A stretch of DNA of 64,000 nt. It comes from Octopus vulgaris (taxonomy: Eukaryota). The translations under genes and the position numbers were made by a program. Under the pieces are notes generated by a model. It worked only from the letters and a program-made list of their open reading frames with translations, was not told the origin of the DNA and ran no database searches. Location of the stretch: assembly GCA_951406725.2 (NCBI GenBank), contig OX597833.1, positions 17,112,001 to 17,176,000 of the forward strand, written 5' to 3'. Below, in pieces: positions 23,672 to 37,048 of the stretch (within the stretch, counting starts at the first letter, position 1; each line of letters begins with the position of its first letter).

Positions 23672-26600
23672 TACCTTATTGCCCACAAGGGGCTAAACAT
23701 AGAGAGGACAAACAAGGACAGACAAAGGGATTAAGTCGATTACATCGACCCCAGTGCGTAACTGGTACTTGATTTATTGATCCCAGAAGGATAAAAGGCA
23801 AAGTCGACCTCGGCAGAATTTGAACTTAGAACTTAACGACAGACGAAATACCTATTTTTTTACTACCCATAAGGGGCTAAACACAGAGAGGACAAACAAG
23901 GACAGACAAACGGATTAAGTCGATTACATCGACCTCGGCGGAATTTGAACTCAGAACGTAACGACAGACGAAATACCGCTAAGCATTTTTCCCGACGTGC
24001 TAACGTTTCTGGCAACATCTTGCTAAACGCAATCTCATTGTGTGGGGTGGAAAAGATAAATTCTCGGACAACTTGGCGCTACAATGCACGATTTTAATTG
24101 CAAGCAGCTAATGCACATGCGAAAAGTATGGGTTACCATACTTTTTAATTCATTGTCTTTTACCATTCAGGACCTTAATCATACAGGGCCTTAATCAGGA
24201 CAAACGAACTTTACGAATTTTTTTTAAATTTTATTCTTGTCTCCAAGCTTAAAATTTACAGTATCTTCAAACTATTGTCCCCCAATTTAATGGACTGGTC
24301 CTATCCTAAACAAAAAGGCATACGACGCATCAAATTACCGCACCAACAACTCATCGTCGAACCTTCTGGTATTTCAGATTAAATGCAACTGTAAGACATT
24401 TCAGGGACAGACTTTAATCAAATTCCTTTCTCTATTACCCACACAGCTACCTCTCAGCGTCTCTACAGCTGTACTGCGATCGTAAATGCAAAAAATACTG
24501 CGTACAACTGCAGGAAACAATCACCCATTATCAGGAAACCGGAGGCAACAACTACTTCCATAATTTCTACAAGATGGCCATCAAGAAAGCAAAGAATACT
24601 TTCGTGCGCCGCATGACCTGTTCTCTGTAACAGTAACCGCTCAGAATAACTGACCACGTTTGCTGGTCCTGTTTCATAAATTTGCTCCCGGAAACAAATG
24701 CTAATCCAGCAGGGAAGACCACTCTTGCTATTCCAAATGGCTGAAACTTCAAAACTGTTGGCGAGACAGTTTAAACAACAATTTACAATCGCTAATCTTG
24801 AACCGTACAACAGAAAAATTGATCACGGTCATTCATATGACATGGAAGTGAGGACACCGGCTTTATCCATCCTAGGGCTAAAAAAGTTACCAGTAAAATG
24901 GGAAATAAGGAAAGCTTCTAATAATGCAGAAATCTTTTTTACATAAAACCTTTATATTTTGGGCGCAAAGGCCAATCTTCAGCAGAATATACTTTTCTAC
25001 TCTAAGCACAAGGCCCAAAATTTCTGTGGAAGCCCCCTCCCCCCCAACAGGCGATTAGATCGACTCCAATATACAACTGGTACTTAATTTATCGACCCCG
25101 AAAGGATGAAAGGCAAAGTCGACCTTGGTGGAATTTGAACTCAGAATGTAAAGACAGATGAAATACCACTAAGCATTTCGCCCGGCATGCTGTTTCTTAT
25201 TTCTTTATTGCTCACAAGGGACTAAACACAGAGGAGACAAACAAGGATAGACAAAGGAATTAAGTCATTTACATCGACCCCAGTGTGTATCTGGTACTTT
25301 ATTTATCGACCCCGAAAGGATGAAAGGCTAAGTCGACCTCGGCGGAATTTGAACTCAGAACGTAGCGGCGGACGAAATACCTATTTCTTTACTACCCACA
25401 AGGGGCTAAACACAGAGAGGACAAACAAGGACAGACAAACGGATTAAGTCGATTACATCGACCCCAGTGCGTAACTGGTACTTAATTTAATCGACCCCGA
25501 AAGGACTAAAGGCAAAGTCGACCTCGGTGGAATTTGAACTCAGAACGTAACGGCAGACGAAATACCGCTAAGCATTTCGCCCGGCGTGCTAACTTTTCTG
25601 CCAATGAACCATGGGAATAAAATGCATATCTTGCATAAAGTATCTAATGCCGAGATTATTATCAAGAAACTAACATTTATTAGGTTTGTAGCCGCGATTT
25701 TTGTGAAACACACTAATTGCTTTAGAATATCTTTCAACAATTTGATATGAAAATACCACAATTTGATATAAAATAACTCAACAATTTTCTTTGGGATATT
25801 TCTGCTGTAAAACAATAGGGCAATATTCGATCGTTTAAATATTTCATTACACATCGTTATAAGATATTGTATTGTCATCAGGTAGAGGAGTATAACAACG
25901 AATTATTTCTACGAGGAAGAAAAATACGAATAAAGAAATATGTTTATTCGTAAATCAAAAGTAGAAAGAAAAAAATGCAAGGATAATTATTAATGTGAAA
26001 ATGAAGACAACGTTAATTTATGTAAATAGTTCTCAACTGCAAGCATGAAAAGAATATTTCTCTGCGTGTTGGGTCTACGATGATAGGGAACGATAGCAGT
26101 GACGCAGCAAATATCCTTGAGAAAAAGGGGTTGATGTCATGAGTTCTAACTTCCCTTCATTAACAAAGAAATTTAAAATAAGGCAAAAAAAAACGAAGAT
26201 AACTTAAAAGCGACACCTATTTGGTTACGCTTTTGTATCCAAATCTCCCGAAATCAAATGATATTACACAGCTTTAAGGCGGTGAGCTGACCGAATCGTT
26301 AGCACGCAGGGCGAAATGCTTAGTGGCATTTCGTCTGCCGCTACGTTCTGAGTTCAAATTCCACCGAGGTCGACTTTGCCTTTCATCCTTTCGGGGTCGA
26401 TAAATTAAGTACCAGTTACGCACTGGGGTCGATGTAATCGACTTAATCCGTTTGTCTGTCCTTGTTTGTCCTCTCTGTGTTTAGCCCCTTGTGGGTAGTA
26501 AAGAAATAGTTATTTCGTCTGCCGTTATGTTCGCACTGGGGTCGATGTAATCGACTTGATCCGTTTGTCTGTCCTTGATTGTTCCTTCTGTTTTTAGCCC

Positions 26601-27640
26601 CTTGTGGGTAGTAAATAAATAGGTATTTCGTCTGTCTTTACGTTCTGAGTTCAAATTCCGCCGAGGTCAGCTTTGCCTTTCATCCTTTCGGGGTAGATTA
26701 AATAAGTACCAGTTACGCACTGGGGTCGATATAATCCACTTAATCCGTTTGTCTCTCCTTGTTTGTCCTCTTTGTGTTTAGCCCCTTGTGGGTAGTAAAG
26801 AAATAGATATTAGACAACTTTGATATTCGTCATTAATAGAAATTATGTGAGCACCAAGAGCATAATTCTTTCTACTATAAGGACTAGGGGAGTCGCAATG
26901 GCCCAGTGGTTAGGGCAGCGGACTCGCATTCGGAGGATCGCGGTTTCGATTCCCAGACCGGGCGTTGTGCGTGTTATTGATCGAAAACACCTAAAAGCTC
27001 CACGATGCTCCGGCAGGGGGGTGGCGACCCCTGTTGTACTCTTTCGCCACAACTTTCTCTCACTCTCTCTCCCTGTTTCTTAAGTAACGCTGCGATGGAC
27101 TGGCGTCCCGTCCAGCTGGGGGGGGGGGATACATACGCCATAGAAACCGGAAAACCGGGCCCATGAGCCTAACTAGGCTTGAAGAGGGCGACGTTTATCG
27201 TTATAAGGACAACGCCTGAAACATAGAGGGGACAAACAAGGACAGACAAAGGGATTAAGTCGATTACATCGACCCCTGTGCGTAACTGGTACTTAATTTA
27301 TCGACCTCCAAAGGATGAAAGGCAAAGTCGACCTCGGCGGAATTTGAACTCAGAATATAACGGCAGACGAAGAACCGCTAAGCATTTCGCCCGGCCTGCT
27401 AACGTTTCTTATTTCTTTATTCCCCACAAGGGGCTAAACATAGAGGGGACAAACAAGGACAGACAAAGGAATTAAGTAGATTATATCGACCCCAGTGCAT
27501 AACTGTACTTATTTAATCGGCCCCGAAAGGAGAAAAGGCAAAGTCGACCTTAGTGGAATTTGAACTCAGAACGTAACGGTAGACGAAATACCGCTAAGAA
27601 TTTCACCCGGTATGCTAACGTTTCTGCCGGCTCGCTGCCT
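23672..27640. mobile_element. SINE family B multimers at approx. 23672-24015(-), 24990-25605(-), 26278-26806(+), 27200-27640(-)
   Basis: Family B head and repeated cores; intervening sequence is not part of the elements. Confidence 0.85.
26887..27195 (+). mobile_element. Chimeric SINE: C2 head/body joined to the 3' half seen in the 248-bp array unit
   Basis: 5' matches 11953/33915; 3' gtaacgctgcgatggactggcgtcccgtccagctgggg..gggcccatgagcct matches the 6978-8713 units; flanked by tataaggac repeats. Confidence 0.8.
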
Positions 27641-27899
27641 TTAGCATCTTACCACAGAGCCGCGACTGCGCCTTGTGAATCGCGGTGCCCTACGCTGGTG
27701 CTATGTTTTCTTCAGCCATCGTATCCATCATCAACTTGATAAACTGGTTTAATGAGAACTAATTGGGAAGGACGCTGCGTGCAAACGTTAAATATATCTA
27801 AGGGAAAAAAATAATAACGTTATCTTAATTAATAAGAAGTAATCTAATTAGTAGAAAATATCAACTGTGCATGTTGTTTGAGGATATGAGGGGGATTTT

Positions 27900-28830
27900 G
27901 GTGGTGGTGGTGATGGTGGTGGTGGTGGTGGTGGTGGTGGTGGTGGTGGTGGTGGTGGTGGTGGTGGTGGTGGTGGTGGTGGTGGTGGTGGTGGTGGTGG
28001 TGGTGGTGGTGGTGGTGGTGGTGGTGGTGGTGGTGATGTTGGTGGTGATGGTGGTGGTGAGAAGTGAGTGGGAAAGGGGAAATATTGGAAGAAGAGAAGA
28101 AATGAGTGGAAGAAAATGAGCTGAAGAGGGGGAAAAAAGGATTAGGATCAAGAAGGGGTAGTAGAAAGATAAGGAGGAAATGAAAGGGAGGGAGAAGGAC
28201 GAGGAGGAGATGGGAGGAGCAGAGGAGTGAAGGGAGAGGAGGATTAAAGAGGAGGATAGTGGAGGGAGATGAGGAGATGGAGGGAGAAAGGGAGAGGGAA
28301 GGCGATCAGGAAGAGGAGGGAGAGGAGGTGGAGGGAGAGAAGGAGGTGAGGTAAAGGAGGGGTGGAGGAAGAGGAAAAGGTGGCGAAAGAGGAGGAGGTG
28401 GAGGAAGAGGAGAAGGTGGAGGAAGAGAAGGAGGTGGAGGAAGAGGAAGAGGTAGAGGAAGAGGAGGAGGTGGAGGAAGAGGAGAAGGTGGAGGAAGAGA
28501 AGGAGGTGGAGGAAGAGGAAGAGGTAGAGGAAGAGAAGGAGGTGGAGGAAGTGGAAGAGGTGGAGGAAGAGGAAGAGGTAGAGGAAGAGGAGGAGGTGGA
28601 GGAAGAGGAAGAGGTGGAGGAAGAGGAAGAGGTGGAGGAAGAGGAGGAGGTGGAGGAAGAGGAAGAGTGGAGGAAAAGAAGGAGGTGGAGGAAGAGGAAG
28701 AGGTGGAAGAAGTGGAGGATGGGAAGGAAGAGGGGAGAATGGGGAGGAAGAGGGGGAGGTGGAGAAAGAGGAGGAGATGGATGAGGAGGGGATTGAGGGA
28801 GAGAAGGTGGAGGAGAAGAAGCAGAATATG
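27900..28830. repeat. (GGT)n tract followed by a polypurine tract with an 18-bp unit (gaggtggaggaagaggar)
   Basis: Directly visible; explains the poly-V/T and poly-E/S ORFs. Confidence 0.92.
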
Positions 28831-29064
28831 ATAACAAGAATAATAATCAGGAAAAAAGATTGAAAAGGCTCAAACCGCAGAACACCGAACTACAAATGTT
28901 TTACAACATTTTGTTACGTTTATCTTTTTTTAATTTCTGAGATAAAATTTAGATTTAGTGATCGATATTTCCTTTAATCTCTTTAGAGACGATAAAACAG
29001 ATATCAATAATATGTTTTTCCTGGTCAAAAGAAACTAATAATGATTATAATGATCACGAAACTG

Positions 29065-30380
29065 ATTTAGCAATCTCTGTTTTATTCTTAAAGCAGCTAC
29101 GTCCTTGAAAGCCAAATTAACTGCAGTATTTGTGCAGAGATAGTATCTCTTATAAAACATACAATGTTAAAAGGTACAAATATATTAATAACAAACAAAA
29201 ATAGACCAAACGCCGTGAAAGCATTGCTAAATTTGCATTTCTGCCTCCTTAGGCTTTGTCAGTGGCGTGTATCCACAGATAGTATCTCTCATAAAACAAA
29301 CATTGGTAAAAAGTACAAATATATTAGTAACAACCGATAATCAACCAGCAGTAGTAGAAGCATGGCTAAATTCACATTTCTGCCTAATTAAGTGTGGTAT
29401 TCGTCTTGAGATAATATCTCTTATAGACGTGCAGTGTTAAAAAAGAAGCAAATATAACAGTAATTAACGAAAATCGTCCAACAGCGATGGAGGCTTTGCT
29501 AAATGCACATTTCTGCCTTCTTGTGCCTCGTCAGTAGCAATATTCACGAGTAGCTGCATGCTAAGGTAAAATTCATTAGCGCTGATAGTGTAAATCAATG
29601 ACTGTAAAATCACTGATGCTGCAATTAGATGGCCAACTGAATAAAAATTCGTTATGTGCAACAAAAGCAGTATGGAGGGAGCAGATGGAGGGAGAAGAGG
29701 TGGAGGGTGAGAAGGAGGAGGTGGAAAGAGAGAAGAAGGGGTGGAGGAGGAGGGAGAGGTAGAGGACGAAGAGGAGAGGATGGAGGAAATCTGTTTATCA
29801 TACAAAAAGTAGCAACATCATTTAAAGGTGGTATTCATCCTGGGATAATATCTCTTATAGACCTGCAGTGATAAAAAACAAGAAATATCACCGTAACAAA
29901 CTAAAATCGTCCAACAGCGGTGCAGGCTTTGTTAAATGGCATTTATACCTCCTTATGCTTTGTCGGTAGCAAGTATCTACTGGTAACCGCATGCTAAGAT
30001 AAAAATCCGATATCACTGATGTAATAAAACAATGATTGAAAAATCACTGATGTTGCAATTAGCTAGCCAACTGAAAAAGAACTCGTTATGTGCAATAGAA
30101 ACAGTATTAGTTTAAAATAGCAATCAGTGCATCACACTTAAATTAGATGCATTATTGAAAGCCGAATTAACTGCGGTATCCATTCTTAGATAGTATCTCT
30201 AATAGATGTATTGTGTTAAAAACGACAAAAATATATCTGTGTTAGACAAAAATCGTCGAACCGCCGTGGTAGCTTTCCTGTGAATTATGCAATTTCAAGT
30301 CCAATGCTGCAGTTAATTAGACTTTCAAAACTGTATCTGCTTTAAGCATGATGCACAGATTGCTATTTTAAACTAATACT
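29065..30380 (-). repeat. Decayed tandem array of a ~345-bp hammerhead-bearing unit, with partial units and a terminal inverted partial copy
   Basis: gata.tatctct.ata recurs at about 29138, 29278, 29410, 29849, 30189; hammerhead-like motifs at 29224-29267, 29363-29385 (half), 29496-29540, 29929-29972; 30304-30380 is the reverse complement of about 30102-30180. Confidence 0.8.
29496..29540 (-). ncRNA. Type I hammerhead ribozyme-like motif (best copy in the array)
   Basis: Minus strand UUGCUA-CUGACGA-GGC(ACAAGAAG)GCA-GAAA-UG(UG)CA-UU-UAGCAA: perfect 6-bp stem I, canonical core, stem III; base of stem II is a G.A mismatch. Confidence 0.7.
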
Positions 30381-30520
30381 AAACGGTTTGTGCTGGAGAA
30401 TTATCAGTTGAATCGACTTAAGTACAATGTTGTCATTACTGACGAAAGCAAGTTCTCCATTATCGTTTGACGTACGTTTAGGCGCTCACCTCAACAAACA
30501 AATACTGGCTATCATCAGAA
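30381..30520 (+). pseudogene. Short Tc1 transposase remnant
   Basis: gtc att act gac gaa agc aag ttc = VITDESKF, the first catalytic Asp motif of Tc1. Confidence 0.45.
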
Positions 30521-30767
30521 TAAGATTTAATCATAAAACGACTTAACCACAAGGTATTTTAAAACGTACAACACAATAAGAATATCAGGTCAGCTAATTT
30601 AATGTTTCCAGCATTCAATGCATTTTCACCTGCTTAATTCTCATTCATCAAACCATTGAGGCTTGAGAAATATTTAATTTTTTAAACAATTCTCATATTT
30701 TTTTCTTTGCTAATCCTTAGTAATCCCTTGTTCTTGTCAAAGACGAAAATCTAGTTATCAACGAGCA

Positions 30768-30812
30768 TTATTATCATCATTATTATTAATATCATTATTA
30801 TCGTTATTGTTG

Positions 30813-30877
<65 letters not shown>

Positions 30878-30899
30878 GTTGTTGTTGTTGTTATTATTA

Positions 30900-30942
<43 letters not shown>

Positions 30943-30971
30943 TATTATTATTATTATTATTATTATTATCA

Positions 30972-31002
<31 letters not shown>

Positions 31003-31205
31003 CATCATTATTATTATTATTACTATTACTACTACTACTATTATTATTATTATCATCATCATCATCATCATCATCATTATCATTATTATTAATATCATTA
31101 TTATCATTATTGTTGTTATCATTATTATTATTATTATTATCATCATCATCATCATCATTATTATTATCATTATTATTAATATCATTATTGTTGTTGTTGT
31201 TGATG

Positions 31206-31292
<87 letters not shown>
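30768..31292. repeat. (ATT)n/(ATC)n/(GTT)n trinucleotide array
   Basis: Directly visible. Confidence 0.95.
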
Positions 31293-31293
<1 letters not shown>

Positions 31294-31865
31294 CCTCTCC
31301 TTTCAATTTTGTTTCCATCTCTTTCCAAGTGTTTTCCTGACAACTAGGGCAAAGAAACTCACTGTATGCATTGGTAGGCCATTGAAATAAACACACGAGA
31401 TTGTTAGTTTACGAAGTCATGTGATAGAAAAGAAAGGGAAGAAAAAAAGGAAAAGGAAAGAAGAAAAAATAAAAACAGTAAAACATAGGGAAATGAAGCA
31501 AAAAAGAAAATAAATATAATAAAGGTGAGAAGAGAAGGAAAATCCACAACGACAATGCTCTCCTCAATACGTGTGACGTACCAGTTTAAGAGAATTTTTT
31601 GCGCTCTTGCATCGATGGTGAGCCAAAGATTATCCTCAAAATATTTTCGGTTCCCTTTTCGACCATTCCTTTTTTGATCATATCATTGCTGGACGCATGG
31701 AGGGCATCTAATTGGTAACTAATGAACTAGTTACCAATCTTTGTATTGTTTCAAGAGATGAGAATGTGAAGGTATCAAATCAAACCTTCGTGTTGTTCTC
31801 AAGAACATCCGTGGTACGCGTTCAGTGAAATTACTTCTGCCGGGAATTGAAACAGAGCCACAGTT

Positions 31866-31980
31866 GTGTACGAGGCGTTTGGGCGCCGCTGTTTTGGTGC
31901 TGCTTATATGGCGTCGCTGATTCGACGCTGACTTATTTGACATCAGACGTTTTAATATTTCTTTCATTCTCTTCCTCTCC

Positions 31981-32015
<35 letters not shown>

Positions 32016-32027
32016 TTTCTCTCTTTC

Positions 32028-32065
<38 letters not shown>

Positions 32066-32233
32066 CTGTCTCTTTTTCCCTGACTCTTTCTATCTGTATG
32101 TGTATATTTCTGCCCACACGGTGTGTCCATGCGTGTATGTGGGGGTGTATACGAGAGCAACAACCAAGCTGGATGTTCAGTCAGCCGTGCCAAATCGCCA
32201 GCCTCCAAACAGCTGCGCCCCATCGTCCCACGC
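31866..32233. mobile_element. Second copy of the MITE-like family at 16173-16634
   Basis: Shared ~45-bp identical block, internal (CT)n, degenerate inverted ends (tgggcgccgctgttt / aaacagctgcgccca). Confidence 0.65.
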
Positions 32234-32719
32234 CGGCTACAATTTCAATTGACTAGAGATACATTTCCTGTCCCACGGCCCTGGCTAACCAGTGCAAATA
32301 TTATAGTTACATGTATTCAAAATGTATTGCCAACTCATACAAAGATTAATGGTGATATGGTTGAGAGGTCGATATAATTTCCTCACAACACTGGCCGGTC
32401 TCCCGCTATATTTACATTTCTCCTCGCAGTTTTACATGCAATGAACAAACTGTGAACAAAAGCTGTCAGGAAATTCTTCAGCCGTGTACACGAAACTTGT
32501 GTGCACATATACAATATAATACAATATATGTGCGTGTTCATATCGAGAAACATAAAATACATCCATACGATTCCTTAGTGGGTGGATTATTTTCCCAAAC
32601 AACTTTATATGGTGGGATATATATATATATCATTCAAAATTGACATGATGTTAAGGTGTGTGTGTGAGCATATATATATATATACTGTTGTGTCTGAACG
32701 AAATATATATGTGTGTGTG

Positions 32720-32764
<45 letters not shown>

Positions 32765-32923
32765 GTATGTAGGTGTACATACATGTATATATATAGATAG
32801 ATAGATAAAGATACATACATATATATGTGTGTGTGCATGTATATATATTTATGTATATATCAATATATATATATATATGTGTGTGTGTTTGTGTGTGTGT
32901 GTATAAATTTATAAATTTATATT

Positions 32924-32974
<51 letters not shown>

Positions 32975-33026
32975 TATAAATATAAATATAAATTTATAAA
33001 TGCATGTATAAATTTATATTTATATA

Positions 33027-33077
<51 letters not shown>

Positions 33078-33844
33078 GTATGAAAAGAATTTATCCACAG
33101 TTATTTGAATTCCTCCTTCTGTCTATCAATGAATAAACAGAACGGGACGACGGGGATGTATGATGAAGCCCATACTCAGTGTTTCATCATCATTTATCGA
33201 TTGATAACTTTACGTCAGCAGATGCCAATATGCATGATTCTATATTTAAACTGATAGGTCAGAATCTATTTTTTAAAGTATGATTAATTTTAAATGCTGA
33301 TAAGCAGAATATATTTGTCTATTTTGGGAAGAGTGAAATTCCTGACACGGATATCAACTCCAGACTGATTACTCTTAGAGTCTAAATAATAATTTAAAAA
33401 AATTATATTTACATCGCCGCCTTCGGCTCTTACTCAAGTTTCCTACACATTTTTATTTACATAAGAAAAATAATTTAATTATGTTTTATATTATTCAATT
33501 TACTTGTGTGTGGGTTTGTCTCATGTGTTTATAATCAACGAAGCACATGCCTTCGCTCGTGGTACCTTGGGCATGTATTATCATTTTATTCTTTTATTTG
33601 TTTCAGTCATTTGACTGCGGCCATGCTGGAGTACTGCCTGTGTTTGTTCCCTCACCACCACTTGACAATCGGTGGTGTTGTGTTTGCAGCCCCGTAACTT
33701 AGTGATTCGACAAAAGAAACCGATAGAATAAGTACTAGGTTTTAAAAAAGTTAAGTATAGGAGTCGATTCATGCGACTAAATACCCTTCAAGGCGGTGCC
33801 CCAGCGTGGCCGTAGTCTAACGACTGAAACAAGCAAAAGATAAG

Positions 33845-33908
<64 letters not shown>

Positions 33909-33914
33909 GTGTGT

Positions 33915-34212
33915 GTGGAAGCGCAATGGCCCAGTGGTTAGGGCAGCTGACTCGCGGTCGTAAGATCGCAGTTTCGATTCCCAGACCGGGCGTTGTGAGT
34001 GTTTATTGCGCTAAAACACCTAAAAGCTCCACGAGGCTTAGGCAGGGTGGGGGTGATCCCTGCTGTACTCTTTCACCACCCTTTCTCCCACTCTTTCTTC
34101 TGTTGGCCTGCTCGCTTAGCCAGCGGGGTGGCGTCATTCGAAGGCGAAAACAATGCGAATGCATTGTGACCAGCGATGTGTAACAACATCTGATGGTCTG
34201 GTCGATCACGTG

Positions 34213-34214
<2 letters not shown>
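33915..34214 (+). mobile_element. SINE family C2 with a third type of 3' tail
   Basis: Same head and body as 11953 and 26887, different 3' ~110 bp. Confidence 0.85.
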
Positions 34215-34250
<36 letters not shown>

Positions 34251-34425
34251 ATGTATGTATATATATATTAATAGTTATCGCCAAGCTAATATGGCAGTCC
34301 AGAAATATAGGACGAAAGCTGCTGTTGATTAGCTCCAAGAGGCCATCGCCTCTAACTAGCTATGTGACAGACGAACCTGTATCCATTATAACCTTCGAAT
34401 AGGGGGGGGGGTCAGCCGCTTCCCC

Positions 34426-34498
34426 TTGCTGGTCAGGCATCTGCAGACTAGTTTCAGGGTATTTGCCCCTTATCAATGCAGAGCAGCCGAACCCAGCA
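34426..34498 (-). ncRNA. Type I hammerhead ribozyme-like motif with U3-A8 core and extended stem I
   Basis: Minus strand UCUGCA-UUGAUAA-GGGG(CAAAUA)CCCU-GAAA-C(UA)G-UC-UGCAGA (34440-34482); stem I continues past an internal loop (GGUUCGGC/GCCUGACC); palindromic ACUAGU stem III. Confidence 0.78.
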
Positions 34499-34537
34499 TG
34501 TATATGTATATGTGTATATGTACATATATATATGTGC

Positions 34538-34581
<44 letters not shown>

Positions 34582-34689
34582 GTATGTCAAAATCGATAAA
34601 CAAAAGTCACAAGTTCTTCCATTGTGACTTTTGTTTATCGTTCTTGACATCTAAATGAATTTTACCTGGGATGTCAAGTAGAGGACATA

Positions 34690-35190
34690 ATGAACATTTT
34701 TCGTCACCTGCTCTTTTCGCTTTTAGTCAAGGTTCCTAAGCTACCTAATCTGTTTCAGACTTTTGTGTTGTATACGAAGAAAGTGCTATTGTTGAAAGGA
34801 CTGCACAGAAGTTTTAAATCGGTGAAATTCGATCTCATACACTCTCCGCGTTACGGCAAACCTGTCAGTCCAATGAAAATCGATTGAACGAGCTCATCTG
34901 CGAGAATTCACGGTAATCCTCTAGGAAATTGACCCAGCAGATATGATGTCATCCTAATAATATCATTTGTTGTGTCAAGTCCAAAACAAATTGACACAGC
35001 AAGCATGAATCTTTAACAGGACAACACTCGCCCCTATATCGCTAATTTTGCCACGAATGCTATTCAAAAACTCAGTGAGAAGGTTCAACGGCACCCGCTG
35101 TATTCTCCTCTTATAATGCCTTAATATTCGTTATTTTTTATTTTATTTTATTTTTTGACTTGATCATTCTCCAAGGCGTTTCGAGAATAT
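34690..35190 (+). pseudogene. Decayed mariner transposase remnant
   Basis: QDNTRPYIA..NAIQKL..RHPLYSP resembles HDNARPH..HPPYSPD. Confidence 0.6.
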
Positions 35191-35194
35191 TTCT

Positions 35195-35525
35195 TTTATC
35201 TCTTTCAGTAATTTGACTGCGGCCATGCTGGAGCACTGCCTTCAGTCGAGCAAATCAACACCAGGACTTATTCTTTGTAAGCCTAGTACTTATTCTATCG
35301 GATTCTTTCGCCGAAACGCTAAGTTACGGGGACGTAAACATGCCAGCATCGGTTGTCAAGCGATGTTGGCGGGACAAACACAGACACACATACATACACA
35401 AACATACATGTATATATATATATACATATCTACGACAGGCTTCTTTCAGTTTCCGTCTACCAAATCCACTCACAAGGCTTTGGTCGGCCCGAGGCTATAG
35501 TAGAAGACACTGCCCAAGTTGCCAC
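35195..35525 (-). mobile_element. SINE family A, 5'-truncated
   Basis: Reverse complement of family A. Confidence 0.85.
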
Positions 35526-35825
35526 ATAGTGATATATAAAGTTTTAAATATAGGGTAAAAATTAAATATTAATTTTTTACCAGTGGCCAGCTTGAGTAAA
35601 AATGTCCGTAAACTACAAATAATATTATATTATATGTGTGTATAAGAGTTATAGTCTGAGGAAAAGCGACTAAGTGGTTTTTCATTACGCTAGAAATGGG
35701 AGTTAAATCCCAAACCACGGAAAGCCATTCTTAGTTTGGCGCGTTGAATGTAGGCGGGCAGGACAATTTGAGAGAATTCAAAAATGATGGGTCATTCCCG
35801 TATTTATATATCTGTGTGTGCGTGC

Positions 35826-35907
<82 letters not shown>

Positions 35908-36137
35908 CCTATTTCTATTTCTTTACTACCCACAAGGGACTAAACACAGAGAGGACAAACAAGGACAGACAAAGGGATTAAGTCGATTATATCGACCCCA
36001 GTGCGTAACTGGTAGTTGATTTATCGACCTCGAAAGGATGAAAGGCAAAGTCGACCTCGGCGGAATTTGAACACGGAACGTAACGGCAGACGAAATACGG
36101 CTACGCATTTCGCCCGTTTCTGCCAGCTCGCCGCCTT
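35908..36137 (-). mobile_element. SINE family B inserted in a (TG)n tract
   Basis: Family B monomer flanked on both sides by long (TG)n. Confidence 0.88.
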
Positions 36138-36277
<140 letters not shown>

Positions 36278-36967
36278 CGTGTGTGTGTAAGCTGGGCAAC
36301 CATACAATTTCCGTGTTCCAACTTTCATTAACAATCTCTGAAATCAAAGTAACGTTACAATAAAATAAACTATCCCATATGTTACAGGGTAGGATCGAAA
36401 CTTGGACAAAATTTTTATAAGTCAACCCCCTCAAATCCTCCGCCATAATTCCAATCTACGTGTCGTGAATTATTTTGATCTCCGTTTTTGTACCCACAAC
36501 CAATTGAGAAAAGCAATGACATCCGATCGGTGAATAACCATTCAGGGGTAATGAAATAAATCTCTATATAGTGCAACTTACCTTATTTGGAAATATTATT
36601 TGTAAGTATTCTGAAGAACCCCGTCGAAATATGCTTACGTCATCACGTATACTGTCCAATCAAAATCATTGCTATTTCTCAGTAATCTTGTATTATATAT
36701 AAAAAATCGATTAGCACACCTTCCTAACTTTCTTTAAGTGATTCATCAATAATATTCAACCGAATGACTTTGAAAATATCAACAAATAACCCTGGAATAT
36801 CCTACGCGTTTACATCTAATATTTTCCTGAAAATATCACGTAGGAAATATATTATTTTTCGCATTAGAGAAAATATATATGTAAACAAACATAAATATAC
36901 AAATATAAACAAGCATAAACGTGCACACACACACATACACACACATATACACACACATACACACACA

Positions 36968-36998
<31 letters not shown>

Positions 36999-37016
36999 CA
37001 TACATACATACATACA

Positions 37017-37048
<32 letters not shown>

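Noticed and set aside
28244-31396. Poly-E/S, poly-V/T, poly-N/I/L ORFs, and all YI/HT/CV/MYVC ORFs in the track
   Set aside because: Translations of simple repeats; no domain content or splice context.
32415-32520. Possible exon after acceptor-like tttctcctcgcag encoding a Cys-containing peptide
   Set aside because: No clear donor, no recognisable homology, short open frame expected by chance.
36602-36640. Possible hammerhead CTGAAGA-accccgtc-GAAA with flanking gtaagta/tgcttac pairing
   Set aside because: Stem II barely pairs and there is no stem III.
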